A stretch of DNA of 33,801 nucleotides from Reclinomonas americana ATCC 50394 (Eukaryota), in contig PS015228.1 in NCBI GenBank assembly GCA_048213135.1, positions 76,199 through 109,999 of the forward strand, written 5' to 3'. Made by a program: the position numbers and the translations under genes. Under the pieces are notes generated by a model. The model did not search any database, had not been told where the DNA came from, and worked only from the letters and a program-made list of their open reading frames with translations. Shown piece after piece: positions 1-21,007 of this stretch (position 1 is its first letter; every line of letters begins with the position of its first letter).

Positions 1-228
1 GAATATGAAACAAGAAGAAGAAGAAAAGCACGAAGAAGAAGAAGAGGAGGAAAAGTAGTAGTAAGAAGAAGAGGAGATAGTGGAGGAGGAAGAGGAGGAG
101 GAGGGTATAGAACAACGAAGGCAAGAACAAGAACAACAAAAAGCAGGAAGAAGAACAAGAAGAAGAGGAGAAGAAGAAAAGGGACAGCTGCACAGCATAT
201 CATGTGAACACGAGTTGTTAGACGCAAC

Positions 229-2827
229 GCCATTGATTCGCTCAGATCTGACGCGAGTTTGCTGCCCAGAGATAGGTGAGTGACTCAGCGGCGAGTGACA
301 TTGCTGCTCACAACTCACAGACTCACCGCAGCGACAGTTGCACTATTATTGTGGTTCAAAAAGAAAATGTGTGAGCACAGCACAACCAACGCAGTGAAAT
401 CAGAGCGACTCCCTACCAAGTGACACTGGGCGAGGAATTCGCTCCTCAGGTCCGAGTTTGTCCAGCCGCTGAGCAGCAGCGTGAGACTGACACTCTCACA
501 GCATCACCCGCAGCCGACCAAGACTCACCGTAGAGCAGTCACGCACACACTGCAGATGCGACGCGCAAGCATCAGAAAGCTCTTGACTCAACGCAAATCC
601 GGCGTCTCTTGGCGAACTGACGACCTGCACCATCACCAGCAAGCGCGAATCTGTCAGTCTCACGACGAAATCGGGTTGATCGGCATGTGCCACGCGAACC
701 AGTCGGATTTTGCGCACAAGGGTGTCCGACGACGTCAGCACGCGACGCATCGCAATGGAAAGCTGCGTGAGGGCCTCGTCCTTGTCGGCGCAGGGTTGGC
801 AGGGGGCGCGTCCGGCGGCGAACTTGCTGACTCGCTGGAGAGGGGGGGGGGAGTGGGAAAAGAGGTTACAAGCGGAGACGGGAAAGGAAACGAGGGGAAG
901 AGAACACAAGGGGGAATGATGGGAAGAGAATAGGCGAGGAAAGCAAGGAAGAAAACGAAGAGACAGGGAGACGATAAAAGGGGGGAATGACGGGAAGAGA
1001 GCAGAGAATAGAAGGAAAGAAGGAATGAATCAGAAGAAGTGATGAGAGTGGAAGGGGCAATTGCGCAAGCAAGGAAGAAATGAAAGGAGAGAGAGGGACG
1101 GCGATGACAGGGGGAAAGGCGGGAAAGAAGCAGAGAATAAAAGAACAGAGAGGATGACAGAAAATGGAGTGAAAAGGGGACGAGAATGGAAGGGGGGAAG
1201 AAAGAGAGGAAGAGACAACAAGGTGGGAGGAAGAAAAGAATGACAACTTTCACAATCCAACCAGCAAGTGATTTCGATGAACTCACCAGCAAGCCTACAT
1301 GCAGGTTTCCGCTGCAGGCCAACTCAAAGAGCACGTCAGCTGCACTGCTGATGAGAGAGCGCAGCGACGGAAACGTGTTGAGCGACATGTTGCCGGTGGT
1401 AATGATCTGCGGCCAGGTGCGTCAGTCACACGTGACTGATGGTACGGAGGTGATGGATGGCACCTCTTCGAGCTGCTTGCGCACGGCCTCATCGGCCTCT
1501 TGGTGTTCAGCGGTAATGTGGGGATCCTGGGGAGAGACACGCGAATCAGATCCCTCGGCACACTCGCCGAAGCACTCGTGAAGAACGCACGACTTTGAAG
1601 TGTTGCTCCAAGAGCGCGGCCGGCGTGTCTCTCTTGCGCAGTGTAGCGTCGTCGGGGAATCGGAGGGCGTGGAGAACGATCTGTGGGGTGAAACATGGGC
1701 GTTGATGAGGAGCGAGAAGGTGGTGCGTCAACAAACATGTGCTTCCTTCTTCTCAACTTCTGCATTGCACCCTTCAGACTCGTTCTCTGTGAGTCTAGCG
1801 GAGAGAAACGCAGAGAGAGACAGAGAGAGAAGAAGAAAGGCAAGACAAGTCAAGACTCAGCGACGTTGTCACGGCTCAATGCTGACAACTGAAGAGGGAA
1901 GGAGGCGAGAGAGTGAGAGAGACAGAGAGAGAAGATAATCTCCACCACTACCTCTGCAAGCAGCAAACCAAATCATTGAACTCTTCCTCCCCTCATTCGC
2001 ATTACGCAAACCCTCAAATATGTTCTTCTCCCGGACTCTCCGAGTCAATCGAACATCATCATCCTCTGTACCCCTTCCCCCCACCCCCCGCACGCAACAT
2101 GCGCCCGCCAAAGCCTGTCGATGGCAATAATGCGCTGCGCCACAGGACTGCTCTCCGGCACGTCGGCAAACAGGAAACCCAGATCGACTTGGAAGCGGGC
2201 CAGCGACTGGAACGTGCACAGGGGCTTGCCATTCGCATCGACATCCTCGTCGATGATGGCGGTCAGCGCCGCGTCCTCGTCGAGCGTGTTGGCCGGTGGA
2301 GCAGCGGGCGGCTGGAGTGACAGGTGGGAGGTGAGTGGGGTGGGGGGAAGGTGTTAGCTAAATCAACAGGTCATACCGGATGGAGAATGCGTCGGAAGCA
2401 GGCCACGAATGAACGATGCGCGATCTTACAGCGTGTGGAGAACGGGGCGGCCTGAGGGGTAAAGCAAAGGAAAGAGATGGGAAGATGTGAAGGGAAGAGC
2501 GCATATCGTGAGAGCGAGAAGAGAGAGCGACGTGATCCGATTTTGACTTACCCAGTCACCGCCACGAGCAGCCACCACGGGCACGAGTCCTGCATGGGAA
2601 AACGAGGGGTGAGACACTCTAGAGTGCAGAATCATGGGAGTGGAGAAGGGCGAAGAGAGAGAGAGAGAGAGAGAGAAAGGAGAAGGGAGCAGAGAGAAGG
2701 AATAATGCATGCAAGAACTAAACGGTGAGGATGACGTGTGCGTGGATGGAAGAGGGAAAGAGAGAAAGATAAGGAAGGTTGTATACATCGAGGACGATGC
2801 TCTCGTGAGTGGAGAAGGGAAACTCAG

Positions 2828-2874
<47 letters not shown>

Positions 2875-3669
2875 AGAAGAAGAAGAACGAGAAGAGAGAG
2901 AGNNNNNNNNNNNNNNNNNNNNNNNNNNNNNNNNNNNNNNNNNNNNNNNNNNNNNNNNNNNNNNNNNNNNNNNNNNNNNNNNNNNNNNNNNNNNNNNNNN
3001 NNNNNNNNNNNNNNNNNNNNNNNNNNNNNNNNNNNNNNNNNNNNNNNNNNNNNNNNNNNNNNNNNNNNNNNNNNNNNNNNNNNNNNNNNNNNNNNNNNNN
3101 NNNNNNNNNNNNNNNNNNNNNNNNNNNNNNNNNNNNNNNNNNNNNNNNNNNNNNNNNNNNNNNNNNNNNNNNNNNNNNNNNNNNNNNNNNNNNNNNNNTG
3201 TGCTGGAGAGAGAAAGTGAGAAAGAGAGAGAGAGAGACAGCTAGAGCCAAGGAAGAATGCACGCACTTCCTCACACGAGTGAGATTCCCTCTCTCCCTCT
3301 CCCTCCGCTCATTCACACACCAACACACTCACCATCCAACACCACTCCCGGCAACAACTCCTCCCGCGCCCCCGCCTCCGCATCCCGCATACACACATCA
3401 CCATCACCACTCGCACCACTCATCATCATCATCAACGCAGAATACGACGAAGCCGACGACTGCTGCATTGCTCCCTTGCCGCGCATTGCTCGCACCCGCG
3501 CCTGCTCATATCGCAACTCGGCATCGTACAGCACCTCAATCGCCGCAAGAACCTCATCCGGACAGCTCACCGCGTCGCTGTCAAAGTCTTCCAACTCATC
3601 CTCGTCTTCGAATTCCTCTTCTAATTCCTCATTGAGACCTTCAGGCTCGTGATCAGAGTGCGTCGACAT
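229..3669 (-). CDS. Multi-exon hypothetical protein (partial, continues off the left edge); acidic N-terminus and a degenerate PD-(D/E)xK/restriction-endonuclease-like segment
   Basis: First exon from ATG 3669 reads MSTHSDHEPEGLNEELEEEFEDEDELEDFDSD...GASGDGD then GT. Further GT-AG-bounded coding-like exons: ~2552-2589 (LVPVVAARGGDW), ~2377-2451 (AAPFSTRCKIAHRSFVACFRRILHP), ~2099-2311 (PPAAPPANTLDEDAAL...), ~1591-1680 (IVLHALRFPDD...), ~1464-1526, ~1287-1406, ~529-834 (RVSKF...QPDFVVRLTDSRLLVMVQVVSS...), 417-468, 327-342 and ~229-262. Some junctions are uncertain and the gap at 2903-3198 may hide exons. Confidence 0.6.
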
Positions 3670-4154
3670 GTGCGTGCACTTTTGAATCAAGGCAAATGGG
3701 ACAGATCGGCAATCGCGAGCATTTACACAAGAGCTCTCCGTGAAGAAGTTACTTCGAATTCTCAACCACGTTGTGTCCATGCACCCGCGACTGCTCATGT
3801 CGCAACTCGGCATCGTACAGCACCTCAATCGCCGCAAGAACCTCGTCAGGACAGCTCACTGCGTCGCTGTCAAAGTCTTCCAAGTCGTCCTCGTCTTCGA
3901 ATTCCTCTTCTAGTTCTTGATCGTTGAGGCCTGCTGCTTCCTCGTGCGATGACATGTGCGTGCACTTTTGAATCAAGGCAAATGGGACAGATCGGCAACC
4001 GCGAGCATTTACACAAGAGCTTTCAGTTCCGGCTTCTTGTACCGGATACAATCGCGTGCCCGCTGTGAACTATATTACTTTCGCCTGCTCATATCGCAAC
4101 TCGGCATCGCAATAACAAAAAACAGGTTTATGGACAGTTCTGCAATCGCGAGCA
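3492..4154. repeat. Tandem duplication (~290 bp period) of the first exon and 5' flank of gene 1, plus fragments of a third copy
   Basis: 3492-3735 and 3781-4021 are near-identical; both encode EEEFEDED.LEDFDSDAVSCPDEVLAAIEVLYDAELR on the minus strand. Fragments cgcctgctcatatcgcaactcggcatcg (4082-4109) and ggacag..c.gcaatcgcgagca (~4132-4154) recur. Confidence 0.9.
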
Positions 4155-5248
4155 ACGTTTAATTGTCTGTCCGTTATCGATTTTGCAATGAAGACGCGCG
4201 ATCAGCAGCTGTCTCTCGTTGAGTGAATGCGAGAGAGAGAGAGGAGGGGAGGGGGGGGGAGAGAGAGAGAGAGAGTAGGAGGTAAGGGAAGGAGAGAGAA
4301 GAAGANNNNNNNNNNNNNNNNNNNNNNNNNNNNNNNNNNNNNNNNNNNNNNNNNNNNNNNNNNNNNNNNNNNNNNNNNNNNNNNNNNNNNNNNNNNNNNN
4401 NNNNNNNNNNNNNNNNNNNNNNNNNNNNNNNNNNNNNNNNNNNNNNNNNNNNNNNNNNNNNNNNNNNNNNNNNNNNNNNNNNNNNNNNNNNNNNNNNNNN
4501 NNNNNNNNNNNNNNNNNNNNNNNNNNNNNNNNNNNNNNNNNNNNNNNNNNNNNNNNNNNNNNNNNNNNNNNNNNNNNNNNNNNNNNNNNNNNNNNNNNNN
4601 NNNNNNNNNNNNNNNNNNNNNNNNNNNNNNNNNNNNNNNNNNNNNNNNNNNNNNNNNNNNNNNNNNNNNNNNNNNNNNNNNNNNNNNNNNNNNNNNNNNN
4701 NNNNNNNNNNNNNNNNNNNNNNNNNNNNNNNNNNNNNNNNNNNNNNNNNNNNNNNNNNNNNNNNNNNNNNNNNNNNNNNNNNNNNNNNNNNNNNNNNNNN
4801 NNNNNNNNNNNNNNNNNNNNNNNNNNNNNNNNNNNNNNNNNNNNNNNNNNNNNNNNNNNNNNNNNNNNNNNNNNNNNNNNNNNNNNNNNNNNNNNNNNNN
4901 NNNNNNNNNNNNNNNNNNNNNNNNNNNNNNNNNNNNNNNNNNNNNNNNNNNNNNNNNNNNNNNNNNNNNNNNNNNNNNNNNNNNNNNNNNNNNNNNNNNN
5001 NTCATTATCCTCGCTCTTCTCTCCCTTTCCTGAGTCCTGTTCCACTTCTTCCGCGCATTCTCTCATTGTCTATTTACTTAGTCCTCGGCCGCCTTCCTAT
5101 GCACCCAACACACTCCTCGCTTGCACATCAGGTTTTTGTGTCTGTCATGTTTCCCCTCATCTGCCGCTCGTTCTTCCTTCATCAGTTTCTCTCTCCTTCC
5201 CTCTCTCTCTCTCCTTATCCCTCACCTCCCTCACTTCCCCCCTCGCAG

Positions 5249-8200
5249 AAATTCGTCTGCACCACTCTTCGACCATACGAACTCCCATACCCAGATCTGT
5301 ACGACTACAAGACATGCATGTCGTTCGTGGCCGATCACTTGTCGTACGAGCCGCTGGCGGAGCCCACAGAGTTGGTGAGTGCCCCTGGTCTCTCTCTCTC
5401 TCTCCCTCTTTCTCCCTCTTCACTCACCCTCCTCCTCCTCCCGCAGCCGGAGATCCTCGTCTCACCGCAGAGCACATTGAACTGGCAGGTCGGCAACAGC
5501 TTCGAGTACAGCTGCACGCTGGCATCCATTCTGATTGGTGAGCATCTGTCTTTAGCGCTGCCCACTATTAGTGGGCAGACTCACTCACTCAACTATCTCG
5601 CACAGGCTGTGGCTACGATGCGTACGTGGTCAGCGGATACGCGGTCAAGGATGTGACGCTGAACGACCTGCGCTCCACTGTGTGCCCGCCGCATCTCAAT
5701 CAGCCGCTGGTTGGTTGTCCCTCTTGATATTTCTCCCTGCGCTTCACTCCACTCACTCTCTCCTCCCAACAGGAGAAGCTCGACGGAATGGCCGGACACA
5801 CTGCGATTGATTTCCACAGCGATGCAGTGCTGCAGGCACCGTCGATGCACGGCCGCGGCAAGAGTTGCGCCCCCTTTTTTGCCACAATGCTCCCGCTGTG
5901 TTCACCGTGCTCAACCACTCTCGTGTAGAGAAAGTCGATCAAGAGGCCGCTCCTCGCCGCGAGAATCGCTACAAGATCAGGGAACGACCAGAGTTGGAGA
6001 GCCACTTTGCCGAGCGTCAGCGCGAAAAGGAGAAGCAGGAGCGTGAGGACGAGATGCGCAAGAAGCGCGAGGAAGAGGAAGCAGCACGGGTTTGAATGCG
6101 AGAGTCTGCAAAAGAAGTAACTTGCGTGCTGACTGTTATCTTGCCAGCCGGTGACACCGCCAGAGCAGCTGCATGGTAAGCGAGTGCATGCGTGGGTGAT
6201 GCTGCTGCCGGCCAAGCGCGAGATCACGCAAGTGTGCTTTATCGGTGAGGATAAAGGCATGGATTTCCTCTTTTTGCATTCATTTTATTTCCTCACACAT
6301 GTGCATCGCCAGAGCCGACCACGGGAGTCGTGTACAAGGTCGAGGAGGCCAAGTCACTGTTCCTGGGCATTGAGAGTGTGTGGAATGAGGAGAACTACTG
6401 GGTCAACATGCAGGACAAGGCGCTCGGCGTCGATGTTGCGTCTCACTGCGAGTCTCCCACGGTTTTTAGTGAATGTATCTGACACACAACAGGAGCTGTC
6501 GTTTGACCTGTCGGATCTGCGCAAGTGGGAGTACATTGTGGTGTCGTCGTCGTCGTCGGGTCCGGTGCATGATGGTGGTGATGCGGGGACGAGTGGGCTC
6601 GCTGGTGGTGATGAGACGGTTGGTTGGAAGGGAGGGAGGGAGGGAGGGGCGAAGAGAGAGAGAGAGAGAGGAAGGGTGGGAGTAAGGAAGAGGAAGAAGA
6701 AGGCGGTGACGATGCTTGGCATTCCGGGCAGAGAGTGCGCGAGAAAATAGAAAGCACAAGCTTGTGCATCTTGATGAGAGATGCTGTCGAAGGTTGGAGA
6801 TTTGGGTGGGCAGCGAGAGTGAGAGCGCAAGGCATATGCATTTCCGGAGAGAAGCGAGAGTGGATGTGGTACAATGTTCGAGAAGTCAGCAGAGACACTT
6901 GCACGTGTGGATTGAAAAGGCTGAGGAGAAAAGAGCAAGAGGAGCAGAAGAGATGCTTGCATCTACAGTGTCGCAATTTTGATTGAGGTCGACGGAAAGA
7001 AGGGAGAGAGGATGCGCGAGACGATGAATGGGCAAGGCTGGGTGAAAAGAGAAAGAGGAGAAGAGGGCACACAACCAGCAAATGATGCTCTTGCGTGTAA
7101 CGAAGTGAGACTGTCGAAGGTGACCTCGGAACACGCACACACACACACACAGAGAGAGAGGGAGGGAGGGAGGGACGGGAGGGGCGATGCGCATGGCCAT
7201 AAATGGGTTCTTGCATGTGTCGAGCATGGCAACCTCTTGGAATGCAGAGAGAGAGACGAGAAGTGGCGGACTTGCAAGAGTGCGTGTGTGACAGAACGCC
7301 CACGTAACTGGTAGAACTGAAACTGAAGAGAAACTTGGCAACACAAGCCTTTGACTTCTCGCCATTTATCTTCTCTGTCGTTTCCTTTATCACCTCCCTT
7401 CCCTTCCTCTCCTTTCCCCTTTATCCCTCTCTCATCCACGCTCCCTTTCACCATAGAGCACCATGGGAGGCGCATTCGGCGGCCGCGCCGGTGCCGAGAG
7501 CACCTTCTCCGGCATGCTCAGCGAGGGCATTGCGGAGAGCGAGCGACACGCGAAACGCATTGGTGAGGTGTCAGTGGAGCCGGGTGATGAGGGCGACGAA
7601 AAGCTCGATCTACCGGGTTCGTGGGTCGACAAGTTGGAGGTGTCGTTTGATCGGTACGAGTTGCGATATCCGGAGGGCGTCAAGATCCTGATGTACAAGG
7701 ACTGCAAGGTGGAGCTGTATGCGCCGTATCACCGACCCGACGGTGTGACGCGCATCACGTCCACTTTTGACGACTTTTACTTGGTGAACCACATTACGCT
7801 GTTGTACCAGCACCGAGGGTGAGTGGGGGCTGGAGGAGGAGGAGAAGGGGTCTGAGGAGGAGAAGGGAGATGAGGAGGAGAAGGGAGATGAGGAGGAGAA
7901 GGGAGATGAGGAGGAGAAGGGAGATGAGGAGGAGAAGGGGGTGGAGGAGAAGGGGGCGGAGGAGGAGAAGGGGGATAATGAGCTGAGAGAGTGCAGTGGA
8001 GGACCAAGTACGTCTATTCTCGCTTCAGCGAAGTGGGCCGTGCACGTTTGAGAGAGGAAGAGACTGAGAGACTCTGGATTGAACTGTCACGGTTGTGCGC
8101 CGTTTTGGAAGAGAAGAGTGAGTGATTGTGTATGAGAGAAAGAACACTGTTCGAACAGTCACTATTGAGCGACTTTGCGGAAATGAGAGAGGGACTGAGC

Positions 8201-11186
8201 CTGCGAATGGTTTTGCGTGTGGGAGAGGCATCGTTCTCCCCTTGAGAATGAGCTGCGTATTGGCTAAGAGGAAGGGAGTGAGAGTGCATGATCGTTCTTG
8301 TTCTGTCACGATTTTAGCGTGGGAGCCGAGCTGTGTATGCTGGTGTGTAAGAGAGGAGAACAGCGGTTGCGAGTGAGGGTGCAAGCGAGTGAGTAAGGGA
8401 GAGGACATCAGCGTTTGGCGCTTGTTTCCTATTTCATATCTCTGCAAGCGAGTGAGTGAGTGTAAGAGTGCGGGACGCTGATTGTCGCAACTCCTGTTCG
8501 ATGTGGGCGCAAGTTGCGCATTAGCGAGAGTGCTTGAAATCATTAGATATCTCCTTTTTTTCTTCCCTTCCCCCTCTCTAATCTCTCGCTCATTGCAGGG
8601 ACAAGCTGCATCACCGAGTCATCTCGCTGCGCGAGAACTGGGTGCGCGACACATTCTGCCCGGGTCGCCTGTCGGACCAGAAGACCGTGGAGGGCCTCCA
8701 GCATCACAAGGAAACCAAGGGTCGTGAACGGTTTGCGAACCCTGACTCTCACTCTCTCCTTCATGTCTCCGTGCCCTCACTATCCTCCCGCGCCTCGCAG
8801 AGAGTTGATCTTTTATCGCAGCAGCCGCATGGACGGTCTCGTACGAAGGCACGATATCTTCTACAACGAAAAGTACGGCTCGTATGGCGACCTCAGCCGC
8901 TCGCCCATTATCGAGGAGATGGACAGCGCAGGTGCCTCGGCTTCTGGTGCGTCCACATGCAGTGATTGCTGGCCTTTTTTGTGTGTGCGCTCACTTCTTG
9001 TTTCTCGCAGGTGTGGGACGCTCGTTTGGCGATCGCTCGTCCATGATGCCCAATATTGCATACAGCGATCCACCGTCGCTGATGAGAGTGGACGTGCGGG
9101 AGACGTCGGTGGATACTGTTGCCGCGCTGGTGAACTGGGTCTTCTCGCCATCGTATGAGGCTCGCGCCGTCAAGGTGAGCGTGCAGTTGCGAGAGTGGAG
9201 AGCGCAGAACGTGTGTTTCTCATCTGTATTGCAGACAATCGAGGAGTTCCAGGGACGTGACGACCGTCTTATTTATCGCTCGGGCTTGTACGATCCGGAG
9301 GCCACCGAGGTGGTGCAGGGTGGACCGGGGCAGGACAAGTCAAGGTGTGGAGGCGGAATGGTTCACTTTGTTCTGCTGACTTCGCCCCTGACACCTTTGT
9401 CTCGCTGTGCAGAATGCACACGCCTGCAGTTCTCATTGACTCAACAGCGTCGTCGAGCAAGGCCTCACACATTCTGGTCAAGGTGTGCGAAAAGTTCTCA
9501 CGGAATCCCGAGATCGCTGCAGGTGAGCATGGAGGGAGAAGAGGGGAGCACATGAGGGAATGTGAAGATGTCTAGATGTCTCTCTCTCTCTCTGTGTGTG
9601 CGTGTGTGCGTGTGTGCAGAGTGATTTCGCTATTTGTCAGCTCTCTGCGACATTTCCTGCTCCCACATTCATGTGTTGCGCGTGTAGTCATGCTTGTCAT
9701 TCTTTTCCTGTGTGATCATTTGGGTAGGCGTTTCAGTTTGCGTATTGTGTCTGTGTGTGTGCATGTGCAAGTCGCTTTTGGCGTGGGTGTGATGGCGTGC
9801 TGTGATCTCTGCTTCATCTGTTCACGCTTCCCTCGTGTGCCACTCTTACTTTGTGTATCTCTTCGCACGTGTTAAGTCTTTTCTGTTTCTTCTGCCTGCT
9901 CTCTTGTGCTCTCTCTTTCTTCCTATCGCGCTTGTTTTCTCGCACTCTGTTCCCTCCGTGTCTTGTCTCTGTTCTCATGAGTTGCGCAGATTCCGATGTG
10001 GCGAAGCGCACCTTCGACTATGGCGCCAACATCACGCGCGTAGACTTCCACTACGAAGAGAATGGCGTCGTGCGACCGTTCATGACGTACGACAAGGTCT
10101 TGTCTTGTTTTCCCTTTTACCCCTCTTTGTGCGACAATGGTAGACTTACTCTTTCTGCGTGACAGAATGCCGAGGTGCCGCGCATCACCGGCTTCAAGGT
10201 CAACGTGTTTGTGCCAAAGCCGACGTATGCGCAAATGGTGGAGGACTTCAACGCACTGTGCGAGGCGGAGAGGGTGGCCGCACAGATGGTGGATCAGGCG
10301 AACCAGGCTGCTGCAGCGGTGAGTTGGGCAAAGTGAGCTCTTTTTCGCGCGTACGCATCATACTCACTGCGACTGTGTAGATTATCGACAAGCGCCGCAA
10401 GGAGGAGGCCTTGGCGCGGCTCGTTACGAATGCCTACGACACGAAGCGACACAAGCCGAGCGAGGACAGCTCTGTTGTGCGACGGGTGCGTTACAAGAAG
10501 GTGATCCTCCGGCCCCGAGCCACATATCTCATTGTTGTTGTGCTGCAGAAACGCGAGGAGGAGCAAAAGAAGGCCGAGATCGAGCGCGACTTCATCTCGT
10601 TCTATCTGCGTGGACTCACAGACGGCGAGAGCAAGGTGCGTGACCATTTCAGCACCAGATGCAGAAGTCTCTCTTGCTCACAAGTGATAACAGCTCACGG
10701 TCGATGCGGCGCGTCGTGTGCGCGAGGAAATCCTCGAGACATACAAGCAGCGCATTCTCGAGCGTGCCAGCATTATCGAGGATCGGTGTGTAGTCGGCCT
10801 GGCTCGCTTACGACGTTCAGCCCTGCAACTCATATCCTCTTCATCACAGTCTCAATCAGGAGCGCGAAGTGCTCGCCAAGCGCAAGGGCATGTTCGAGAG
10901 GCAGAAGAACTCAAAGACCAAGGAGGAAGAGGTCGAGCACATCAAGTGGCTCGAGCAGCAGGTCAGTTTTTTCTTTGCTTCTCTTGCTGTAGACGTGGAA
11001 GCTCACTGCTTTGATTCGCGCCAGATGTTCCGCATGCACATTTTGGAGCACCGCTTGTACCGCCACCAAGAGCTCAGCTTGCAAAAGTTCGAGGAGCTCG
11101 ATCGACAGATCTGCAGCCACCCATTGCTGCGCGAAGCGCTGGTTGACGCCGGCACCGCGGCGGCCTCCGGCAGCGGCGGAGAATGA
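5249..11186 (+). CDS. DRC7: Dynein regulatory complex subunit 7 (CCDC135/FAP50; transglutaminase-like domain), 5' end missing (probably in gap 4306-5001)
   Basis: Phase-consistent exons: 5249-5374, 5447-5537, 5606-5709, 5773-5863, 5929-6089, 6148-6244, 6313-6434, 6493-6618, 7457-7818, 8599-8730, 8801-8946, 9011-9174, 9235-9344, 9413-9522, 9990-10096, 10166-10318, 10381-10485, 10549-10635, 10694-10785, 10850-10961, 11025-11186 (TGA). Recognisable DRC7 motifs: KFVCTTLRP..LPYPDLYD, GNSFE...LIGCGYDAYVVSGYA, LHGKRVHAWVMLL..KRE, FLGIESVWN..NYWVNMQ, LPGSWVDKL, FQGRDDRLIYR, MFRMHILEHRL.RH. Confidence 0.93.
7835..7975. repeat. 18-bp minisatellite (gaggaggagaagggagat)n in a DRC7 intron
   Basis: About 4 near-perfect and 3 degenerate tandem units directly after the GTGAGT donor at 7819. 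Confidence 0.85.
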
Positions 11187-11322
11187 TAGGAACAGGGGGA
11201 GAAGGGAGGCGTACAGAATGGTGTTTTGTGTGCGTGTACATGGAATGAAGTGTGTGTGTACAAGGGAAATTACAGAGAGACTGTGGTCACGAGAAGGCTG
11301 TTGATATTGTTACACACGCGAT

Positions 11323-20313
<8,991 letters not shown>

Positions 20314-20445
20314 GGGATGCTCTTGGTCGCGCGCGCGATCGATATGTGTGTGTCGGATTCGCTTGATCCGATGAATTGGTCAAGTGAGTCGGAACATTTC
20401 TTGTCGCTGCGGCCGTGAATGACCTGTCGAGAGTGGGGGCACTAC

Positions 20446-21007
20446 TAGCTGTGGGGAAACCGTGAAGGGCTCGCGTAAATGAAAACCTGCAATATTGCAG
20501 CTGCGATGTCGCTGCGATATATATATATATCGATATCGAATACGAAAATATTGTCTGTTGTGGGCCGAGGCTTGGTTTGCGCCGTCTGCAACCCTGCTGC
20601 ATGACTGTCATCATCTTGAGTGAGCATCAGAAACTCAGACATCACGGAAAAAAACGACAAAAAATCGAGATGGCTGATGCTAGCGTTTCTGCAGGAGAAA
20701 CCACGGCTCATGACAAGCATGTATTTGACGCCGAATTCCACAAAGGAAACGAGAAAGATGGCAAGAGGTGTTGGTGTATGAACACATAGGGAAAACCAAC
20801 AAAGCCAGGCACTCTCTTTTGTTTCACTGTTTTTACTTTGCCTGCTTTGCGGATCCGGACCCGGCTTTGCTTCGTTTGCCTGGCAACGGCTTTTTCCTGA
20901 ATTCGATGTGCCGTGTACGATCGCAGAAAACGCTATGCGTCTATGCAAGTGCGTCAAATCCACTGGTCAACCACGCAGTTCACCACTTGTTCGGAGCTCT
21001 GAGAGCG

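Noticed and set aside
1-200. Glu/Arg-rich 67-aa ORF at the left edge
   Set aside because: GAA/GAG low-complexity tract, consistent with the pyrimidine-rich intron of the minus-strand gene 1.
5858-5928. Possible GC-AG intron (G|GCAAGA) in DRC7
   Set aside because: A same-phase GT donor (GTTGCG at 5864) six bases downstream matches the recurrent donor class and is more parsimonious.
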